64,000 nucleotides of DNA from a virus (taxonomy: Duplodnaviria; Heunggongvirae; Uroviricota; Caudoviricetes): IMG/VR virus record IMGVR_UViG_3300028886_000047; one strand, given 5' to 3'. The stretch's first letter is position 1. Every line of letters starts with the position of its first letter. The notes beneath the pieces are model-generated. The model saw only the letters and a program-made list of their open reading frames with translations, was not told where the DNA came from and did not search any database. The translations under genes were made by a program, and so were the position numbers. Positions 57,143 through 64,000 of the stretch are shown in pieces.

Positions 57143-58672
57143 TTAAATATTATTAAATGTACCTCTAATTAAATTATCTCCTAAAAATAAATCATAAGAC
57201 ATTCCATATGAATTTCTACTAAAATTATAATTAGAATAATCAGAAGCTCCAAATAAACTTAAAACATTTCTATAATCAATTAATTTACAAGAATTTAAAG
57301 CATCAGAGTGCAAATCTCCTTTAATAAAATGTATAGGGTTTTTAGATTTTATATTATTTTCTGTAATCCACTCATACAATAATACTTTAGTAGAATCATT
57401 TAAGTTTAATGGGAATCCTTTTTTCATGTATTGATCTTCTTTTCCATGAAGGCAAATAAAGGTATGATTATTTAATTCAAAACTACCATAAAATTCTTCC
57501 CATAAAGTAGTTTCTATTTCTGGAAACTTAACATTAATTGTTGATAATAAAGCTTTATTACATACATATTCAAAGTTTCCTCCGTGATTTCCACAAGGAA
57601 CAGAATATACATTAATTTTAGAATAGAATTCTTTTGTATTAACTATGGACTCTATAAACCAAAGCATTAAATTAATATATTTATTTGCTTGTTCTCTAGC
57701 ATCCATATTTTCTGGCATAGTATGGTCTAATCTTGATGTTTTTCCAACAAATCCACAACAATCAATGTTGTCTCCCATTAATACTAAATTAATACAATTA
57801 TAAGACCCAATTTCTTTAATTTTGTATAATATACACTCTAATCTTCTTTTAGCTTCATCAAAGCCATAATTTTCATTTTCTTTATATAAAGATCCAGTAG
57901 TTACTGTGGCTCCTAAGTGTATATCTGATATATATAAGTTTATATCCGAATTTGATTTATTTTTAGTATAATTTAAATTTATACTTTTTATGGAGTCATC
58001 CAAAATAATTTTAAATGATTCTAATGATTCTAATTTTCTTTTTAATTCAATATTTTCATTAGCATATTGTTTTAAAAGCTTTTCATTGTTTTTAATTATA
58101 TCAGATTCAGCTTTTCTGAGAAAACTATTCTCTTTTTCACGTAATTGAATATCTCTTAACTCTTCTTCACTTAATTCCTCAAACATATGAGGGGCAAAAG
58201 GAGCCGAACTTTTTGTTATTTGAAAACACCTCAAAATTCTTTTAAAATCTACTAAAGAATATTCCGGAAAATTTCTAGAAATAACACGCTGTGTTAATGA
58301 ATCTCCATAATATGAATATAATCTATACACTAGATTCATTTCTTCTCTAGAAAATTTTCCAATAATTGGGTTTTTATTTTTTCTAAATATTTCAAAAGTA
58401 TAATATTGAATCAATCCATTTTCATCCCGTTCTACTTTAGTAACAGCTCTATCGTCTGTCTCAATTTCTTCTTTATTAGTAGAAACATTTCTTTTACATT
58501 GTGAATAAATATCTAAAAATTCTTTAATCAATTCAACTGGATGATCAGAATCTATAATATTCTGTCTAGCTTGATAATAATAATTAGCTTTATGTTTCTT
58601 ATTATTTAATGATTTATACTTTCTCAAGTCTTCGATGATTTCATGTATTTTGCTTTCACTAATTTTATTCAT
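57143..58672 (-). CDS. metallophosphoesterase with N-terminal coiled-coil (SbcD/Mre11-like nuclease candidate)
   Basis: YISDIHLG...LMGDNID...CGNHGG motif series. Confidence 0.45.
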   Translation of the reverse strand: MNKISESKIHEIIEDLRKYKSLNNKKHKANYYYQARQNIIDSDHPVELIKEFLDIYSQCKRNVSTNKEEIETDDRAVTKVERDENGLIQYYTFEIFRKNKNPIIGKFSREEMNLVYRLYSYYGDSLTQRVISRNFPEYSLVDFKRILRCFQITKSSAPFAPHMFEELSEEELRDIQLREKENSFLRKAESDIIKNNEKLLKQYANENIELKRKLESLESFKIILDDSIKSINLNYTKNKSNSDINLYISDIHLGATVTTGSLYKENENYGFDEAKRRLECILYKIKEIGSYNCINLVLMGDNIDCCGFVGKTSRLDHTMPENMDAREQANKYINLMLWFIESIVNTKEFYSKINVYSVPCGNHGGNFEYVCNKALLSTINVKFPEIETTLWEEFYGSFELNNHTFICLHGKEDQYMKKGFPLNLNDSTKVLLYEWITENNIKSKNPIHFIKGDLHSDALNSCKLIDYRNVLSLFGASDYSNYNFSRNSYGMSYDLFLGDNLIRGTFNNI

Positions 58673-58705
58673 TTTTCAATGTTTTATAATGTGTTTAAAC
58701 GCAAA

Positions 58706-58727
58706 AACGCTGGCCGAAGCCAGCGTT
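58706..58727 (-). terminator. GC-rich hairpin aacgctggc-cgaa-gccagcgtt followed by a U-rich tract on the minus strand
   Basis: Seen directly. Lies between 58750..59337 and 57143..58672. Confidence 0.45.
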
Positions 58728-58749
58728 CTATTAAGAGAAGAAATTTGAA

Positions 58750-59337
58750 TTAATCTACATTTACATAACCAAATGCAAGAATCTTACAGGGCTGAGCACC
58801 CTTACTCGGAGTGTACTTAACAGTAGCATAAAGAGAGTTCTTCTCCTTAGAAACCCACTCATAGTTAATAGTTACATCTTCTTTAAAATCAATTACATAT
58901 TCCTTTGCAGCAGCTTCTGCCTCCTTAGAAGTCTTCTTACGACCAACTTCCTGACCTGTCGCATCACGGAGAACATAGAATTTCTCAGGACTGTGTGTAC
59001 GTGCATCATACTTAGGTTTCTCAACCTTATACGGACGTTCACGAGTATCAAGTGAATGAGATTGAGTTACGATATAAGCACCAACACCAGCCTTATCATA
59101 CTTCTTCTTCTTCAAATACTCCTTCATCCATTCCTTCTGAGATTCCTCACTAACTACATTCTTTTCAGCATATTTCTTCCAAGACTGGGTAGCATCTACC
59201 ATCATTACGAGACCCTGTGCTTCAGTTGAGTTCTTTGCTTCATCTTTGGTTGTACCAATAGTTTCAAATTTCTTAAATACCTTAGTCATAAAATAAAAAT
59301 AATTTACATAAATTCCATTCGAGATTTTTCTCGACAT
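58750..59337 (-). CDS. hypothetical protein with locally elevated GC / atypical codon usage (likely start MTKVFKKF at ~59287)
   Basis: Track ORF. GC-richer codons than its neighbours. Flanked by hairpins. Confidence 0.45.
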   Translation of the reverse strand: MSRKISNGIYVNYFYFMTKVFKKFETIGTTKDEAKNSTEAQGLVMMVDATQSWKKYAEKNVVSEESQKEWMKEYLKKKKYDKAGVGAYIVTQSHSLDTRERPYKVEKPKYDARTHSPEKFYVLRDATGQEVGRKKTSKEAEAAAKEYVIDFKEDVTINYEWVSKEKNSLYATVKYTPSKGAQPCKILAFGYVNVD

Positions 59338-59434
59338 AAACTATCTACTTTTATGAACTATCTACTTACTTTTCTCTCTAAGAAAGTAATCTTAAAGTAT
59401 CTTGTTGTTTAAAATTTTATATAATTAAAAAATG

Positions 59435-59776
59435 TTAAAACGGAATATAACTTTTTAGAATTGCGACAATCTCTTTTAAAATTGATTTTCCCTCAAGCCC
59501 AAAAGTTGGAAAGTCTGAACAAGAATATGCAAAGTCCTCACAAACTATCGCCAGCCCTTTTATAAAGGTGTCTGGAAGTCCTAAATTTTTACTCAATTTC
59601 ATAATTATTTCATAATGAGTAATATCAGGATTTTTTAGTTTTGCTTTGTACGTTACATAACATATTAGACTTATAAGCACCATTCGGTTTTCTATAGCAC
59701 TTCTTCCATTAGTCGTAGATATATATCCTAAACTAAAATTTTCAGAATATAACCTTCTTAATTCATCAAACTTCAT
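59435..59776 (-). CDS. hypothetical protein
   Basis: Track ORF. Confidence 0.4.
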   Translation of the reverse strand: MKFDELRRLYSENFSLGYISTTNGRSAIENRMVLISLICYVTYKAKLKNPDITHYEIIMKLSKNLGLPDTFIKGLAIVCEDFAYSCSDFPTFGLEGKSILKEIVAILKSYIPF

Positions 59777-60803
59777 TGAATGAAAATCCTTTATATTTAT
59801 TTAAATAAAATACTGTTTTGAGAAGATATTTAAATTCTCCAAATCCAGATTTAAATAACTGGGGAGTCATGGGATATACCATTGTAGTATAATTAGGAAC
59901 TGTTGATACTACTAAGAAATTTCCACGAATTTTCGGATTCTTTAAATCAAAGAATTTTTCTGAACAATATTTTAAAAGCCAAGAATAAATAGCTAATTCT
60001 CTTTGATAATGAAAATAAGTAAGGTCAAAATCTACAGCTAACCTTGACGTAGTTTTCAAATCATTAACAGTAATAGTATTTTCTTCCTTGTCGACAGTAA
60101 AATTATCTAATTTAGCTTTTAATTTATAAATTTCAGAATAATTTTCATCTTCCATTTTTACATCTAAAAGTATAGCTCTTTCATTAGCTGAATATACTGG
60201 TTCCAGTAATCCTTTAGGATGTAACAAATCCTCGAAGTTTTTATCTTTTTTAACAGATTCAATAACATTTTTTAATAAGATTACAGACTTTTCATCTGTA
60301 TAAATTCTTTTAATATTGGGATTTAAAGGGTTATTTTGTTCATAAATATACCTATCCCTCCAATAAGGTTCTGCTCTATTCTTAAAATCAAGTAACCTAT
60401 TAGATGTTAAACTATCTTTATAGTAATTACACTTAACGGATGCTACTTTAATTTCATCATCAGTTATCTGATCTCCATTATCTTTATAAAGATAATCAGC
60501 CACAACTCCAGCTTTCGCAGTAGGCTTGAATACAGAATCTATCAATTCAAAAGATTCTGGTTGAAGGACAAGTTGATGAAGCATGCTGCCAAAGTTAAAA
60601 CTTTGGCTAAAGGAATTATCATCTACAAATCCTTCAAAGAAAGACTCTGCTCCATCTTTAATTAGTTTGCCTAAACGTGAATTTGAAATATAATTACTAT
60701 ATCTTTCACTAAAATATTCGTCGTCTGATATATCTTCTAATTTAAGAGTATCTAATAACGGAGTTATTTTAATTTGTTTAATTACTTCATAATCAACTTC
60801 CAT
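59766..60803 (-). CDS. possible PD-(D/E)xK nuclease (YqaJ/lambda-exonuclease/Cas4-like)
   Basis: ...ITVNDLKTTSR...YFHYQRELAIYSWLL resembles the ExK ... QxxxY motif arrangement. Weak. Confidence 0.3.
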   Translation of the reverse strand: MEVDYEVIKQIKITPLLDTLKLEDISDDEYFSERYSNYISNSRLGKLIKDGAESFFEGFVDDNSFSQSFNFGSMLHQLVLQPESFELIDSVFKPTAKAGVVADYLYKDNGDQITDDEIKVASVKCNYYKDSLTSNRLLDFKNRAEPYWRDRYIYEQNNPLNPNIKRIYTDEKSVILLKNVIESVKKDKNFEDLLHPKGLLEPVYSANERAILLDVKMEDENYSEIYKLKAKLDNFTVDKEENTITVNDLKTTSRLAVDFDLTYFHYQRELAIYSWLLKYCSEKFFDLKNPKIRGNFLVVSTVPNYTTMVYPMTPQLFKSGFGEFKYLLKTVFYLNKYKGFSFNEV

Positions 60804-60807
60804 AAAA

Positions 60808-61728
60808 TTAATATACAGTGAATATTCTATTTAAATAAGGTTTATTTTGTTTTGATATTTTAGTAATAGAACTTCGTACATTTGAAATATTTGCGTTGGT
60901 TAATCCTTCATCAATTAATACTTGTGCACAGGCTTTTACAGATTTAAATTTTCCAAGTTCATTTCCATCTAAATCATACATTATTACTTTAATTTTATCA
61001 TATGGATAAATATAAGTATCAATAGTACGACCTTTATATAAAAAATGAAAATCCTTAGCAGTTTTTGAAAAATCTTTAAGGCATTTACTCATTCTAGATC
61101 TATCTATAAATAATTTTTGACACGCGTCTAAAGCTGTTTTCCATTCTTTTATAAAATATCCATCTGAAGAATACTGCAAAACTGGAGTACTAATAGTATT
61201 TTTATTATGTTTATTTACTTCTATTTTTTCAGGAGAATCTTTAGTCCATTTTATAAATGTATATTCTTTTAATAATTTTAAGTTGCTAGTTACACATTGC
61301 ATTATTCTACTAGGTAGAACATCAAAATCTTTAGCAGCTTCGGCATAAGAAGCATAATCTTTATATAAATTCCCATCAGAATCAAAACATCTTAATGCTA
61401 CATATGTCATATTTAATACTTTTTTTTCTAATTTTTTATATTTAAAAACATATTGAGCTTCTTTAATTCTAGCTTCTTCACTATTTTTTATGCCTGATTC
61501 TAATATAGTCATTTCTATATTTCTCCAATTATCTAATACCCATTTATGTTTTTCTTCGTTTTTTGAAGTATTATTAACAGATTCTTCAAAATGTTTAAAT
61601 AATCTTTGTATTACATAATTACTATTAGTAATTCCAACATAAACAGTTTCTGGAGTATCCTTACAAGTTAATAAATAAACAGAATATTCCCCATTTTCAT
61701 TTTTAATTGTTTCTAATTTATTTTCCAT
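60808..61728 (-). CDS. GIY-YIG homing endonuclease with three C-terminal NUMOD/IENR-like DNA-binding repeats (standard code)
   Basis: YSVYLLTCKDTPETVYVGITNS...RLFKH. Repeated ...GxFKSxxEAAKxxxIxxSxIxxC... units. Confidence 0.6.
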   Translation of the reverse strand: MENKLETIKNENGEYSVYLLTCKDTPETVYVGITNSNYVIQRLFKHFEESVNNTSKNEEKHKWVLDNWRNIEMTILESGIKNSEEARIKEAQYVFKYKKLEKKVLNMTYVALRCFDSDGNLYKDYASYAEAAKDFDVLPSRIMQCVTSNLKLLKEYTFIKWTKDSPEKIEVNKHNKNTISTPVLQYSSDGYFIKEWKTALDACQKLFIDRSRMSKCLKDFSKTAKDFHFLYKGRTIDTYIYPYDKIKVIMYDLDGNELGKFKSVKACAQVLIDEGLTNANISNVRSSITKISKQNKPYLNRIFTVY

Positions 61729-61776
61729 ATATTTATATTTTTAGTTCAAAATAAATATATGGTTTTAAATTAAAAT

Positions 61777-62325
61777 TCAAAGAAGGAATTTCTTAAAATT
61801 TGTTAAAAATGATTCCTTCATCATATAATATGATTCTTCTATTTCTTCATAATTTAATGAATAAACTCGTCCTATCGGTCCCCAATTTTGATTAAATGGA
61901 GTATCCATCAATAAACATGGAACTCCAGAACAATTCATTTGAATAAAATTGTTAATACTGTCATCTATAAATACATCAACTCTGCCTTTGATGTATCTAG
62001 CCTTATTATCTATTTGGCAGTATACTTGATACACAGGTTTATGAGGAAATCCGTTATTATCTAACCATTCTTTAGAATAAGTTTTTAGACAACTCCTTTT
62101 TGTACAATATAATTTAGGTTCAAATCCTATAGGATACTGAATTACTGGAAGATTTAACCAAAAATTTCTATCCTTATTTATAACTTGACTACAAATTCTA
62201 GTTATGTCTGCATCATCTTTTGGATTAAATCTTTTAAAAAAAGGTCCTGACCAATCAGCCAGAACCTCATCTATATCTAATCCAATTTCTAAACGTTTAA
62301 TCATTCTCAGTCTTACTAGGTTCAA
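61777..62325 (-). CDS. HAD-superfamily 5'(3')-deoxyribonucleotidase
   Basis: GLDIDEVLAD (DxDxV motif I) and VFIDDS (motif IV). Confidence 0.55.
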   Translation of the reverse strand: MNLVRLRMIKRLEIGLDIDEVLADWSGPFFKRFNPKDDADITRICSQVINKDRNFWLNLPVIQYPIGFEPKLYCTKRSCLKTYSKEWLDNNGFPHKPVYQVYCQIDNKARYIKGRVDVFIDDSINNFIQMNCSGVPCLLMDTPFNQNWGPIGRVYSLNYEEIEESYYMMKESFLTNFKKFLL

Positions 62326-62440
62326 CCATCAAACCAGTTTCAAGTCTAAATGTTTCCTTTTCTTCCTTAGAAAGATTCTTGTAAGACGTAATAAGTCTCT
62401 TTACGTAAGTTTCTCTAATTTTCTGCATAATTCTTATAAT

Positions 62441-62665
62441 TTAAATGGTATCATAATCTTCAACATCGCTAAAATCTATTCCTAGATTTTCGTTCATCCA
62501 ATCACAAAATTCTTCATAGGTAGAAAAATCAGTATCTATATCATATTTTTCAATATATTTTTCTATAATTCTTTCTTCAGCATCATTATAAGATGTTCCG
62601 AAAATTGTTTTTACTTGAGGGCGAGTTTCGTAACTGCCTACTGCATAAACGTATTTACTAAGCAT
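62441..62665 (-). CDS. hypothetical protein
   Basis: Track ORF. Confidence 0.4.
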   Translation of the reverse strand: MLSKYVYAVGSYETRPQVKTIFGTSYNDAEERIIEKYIEKYDIDTDFSTYEEFCDWMNENLGIDFSDVEDYDTI

Positions 62666-62740
62666 TTTTTTATTTTATTGTTTGTTTAAATTTAATGCTA
62701 TATAGTTTTCAATATCTTTCTCTTTATATAAAATTACTAT

Positions 62741-63301
62741 TCAGTTGTTTTTTTCATTTTCATATGAATGTAATTTCATTTTTAAATAATCCCACAAAAT
62801 ATCAATATCTACTATAGCAACAGTTCCGGGACTGTTTCCACCATTTTTATCTTGCTTTTTCCAAATTATAGTAAAAGGAAGAGTTTTTATTGGACACTCT
62901 TCCCTAATTTTAAAATATGAAGGTAGAGTTTGTGTGCATTTTGCTTGGATTAAAATGGGCAAATTCCCATCAATATCATAAATATCGACCTTTGAAGCAT
63001 CTAAAGCCTTATTCTGAGCTCTAGAGCTACAAGTGTTATAACCAATCTCATTTAATTTATGCACAATATCTAACTCTAACTGATTCCCTTTTTGTCGAGA
63101 CCTTTTACTAATATAATGTCTCTTTGTACTAGGATCTATCCACTCACATTTTAATCCATCTTTACCAGAGGTTCCCTTATTTGCTCTAATTTTAATGGCT
63201 CGTTCGGATAATCCTGTTATAGTGGCCTTTTCAATAGAGTCATATACATATGTATTCCCACCTTTATCCGTTATTTTTACTCCTGTATTTAACTACTTCA
63301 T
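62741..63301 (-). CDS. endonuclease-like protein (N-terminal NUMOD-like segment, C-terminal D...D...QxK PD-(D/E)xK-like motif) with TAG as its third codon
   Basis: ATG 63301, then AAG, then TAG (63293-63295), after which the frame is open to TGA 62741. The ATG overlaps the upstream TGA (ATGA). The track starts it at an internal GTG. Confidence 0.4.
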
Positions 63302-63603
63302 AATGTTTGTTCTATAAAATCACATAATGCACATAGTACAAAATCTAAATCATCTATTGTCATAAAATCTCCAATAGTATCATTATATCCTCTCCGAATT
63401 TGATACATTCCATAATAATCTGGACATGGGTCTGTTCGTTCTGGAGAATAATCATTATGGAAGTCTTGCCAATCTATATAAATATTAGCATTTCCACATA
63501 AACGATTAATTTCCCCAACATCTATTAATAATGCTTTTAATAAATTACGTTCTCGTTCACTAATGGGTAACGCATTTATATCTTTTCTTCCTTCAATTTT
63601 CAC
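63298..63603 (-). CDS. hypothetical protein (GTG start in track)
   Basis: Track ORF. Confidence 0.3.
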   Translation of the reverse strand: MKIEGRKDINALPISERERNLLKALLIDVGEINRLCGNANIYIDWQDFHNDYSPERTDPCPDYYGMYQIRRGYNDTIGDFMTIDDLDFVLCALCDFIEQTL

Positions 63604-64000
63604 TTAAATATTTATTTAAAGTATATAAATTAATTTTTTCTAATATACAACACTGTTTTTTAGATTTATATTCCTTTCCTTTATAAATTACTGGTTTAGC
63701 ATTTTTTGGTGGAATATAATTATCTGAGAAATAGTTACTGGTTTTTTCTTCTTTCTGTGCAATAACTTTATTATGTAATTCAATTCCTTCCTTTTCTAAT
63801 TCTAAAGCTCTTTTGTTTAAGTATTCTATATTAGAAAAAGTCCAATCTTCTAACCAATCTAGAATTTCGTTTGGACATTCTACTCCTATAGGAACATGGA
63901 AATTTCCTTCTACCCATTGTTTCCAAAAATCTCTTATTTCATTATGAATATCATGTTTATTAGCCCATCCAAAATCAATATTAAAAGTAGGAGGTTCAAT
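63593..64000 (-). CDS. hypothetical protein, 5'-partial (continues beyond the window edge)
   Basis: Minus-strand frame is open from 64000 to TGA at 63595-63593. No Met in the window, so it is absent from the track. Confidence 0.35.
   Translation of the reverse strand: MEPPTFNIDFGWANKHDIHNEIRDFWKQWVEGNFHVPIGVECPNEILDWLEDWTFSNIEYLNKRALELEKEGIELHNKVIAQKEEKTSNYFSDNYIPPKNAKPVIYKGKEYKSKKQCCILEKINLYTLNKYLSEN

Noticed and set aside
31403-62485. Plus-strand track ORFs inside the minus-strand module (31403, 31407, 34823, 34900, 35346, 38012, 38945, 39742, 40087, 42346, 42600, 44790(-), 50252, 51704, 52529, 55210, 56370, 62204)
   Set aside because: They are antisense to, or nested in, well-supported minus-strand genes with recognisable domains. 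No motifs.

Overview
This window is an AT-rich phage genome segment (roughly 30% GC by eye, tightly packed genes, many 4-nt ATGA start/stop overlaps). It holds two convergently transcribed modules that use different genetic codes.

Positions 1-30257 (+ strand) carry six contiguous genes whose reading frames are interrupted only by TAG, dozens of times per gene. These are a late/virion-type module in which TAG is a sense codon, most likely Gln (code 15), as in some crAss-like phages. The module includes giant ORFs of about 1160, 2906, 3624 and 1604 codons.

Positions 31274-64000 (- strand) are an early/replication module written in the standard code. Recognisable products are:
- family-A DNA polymerase with a 3'-5' exonuclease domain, split at motif B by an insertion carrying a GIY-YIG homing endonuclease
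- ribonucleotide reductase (class II-like)
- ATP-dependent DNA ligase
- dUTPase
- sigma-70-family factor
- HAD 5'-deoxyribonucleotidase
- three metallophosphoesterases
- a flotillin/SPFH protein
- an NAD-salvage cluster: NadD plus two PncA-type paralogs, one of which is catalytically dead

At least four endonuclease-like genes on the minus strand need TAG readthrough, although they sit in or next to the standard-code module:
- T5orf172-NUMOD1 at 30310-31020
- HNH at 40518-41240
- zinc-ribbon-repeat/Vsr-like at 56031-57140
- 62741-63301

Paralogous repeat units inside two of these genes place TAG where sister repeats have CAA (Gln). The two modules are separated by two bidirectional intrinsic terminators that bracket the T5orf172 gene. 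No tRNA or CRISPR array was recognised in the window.
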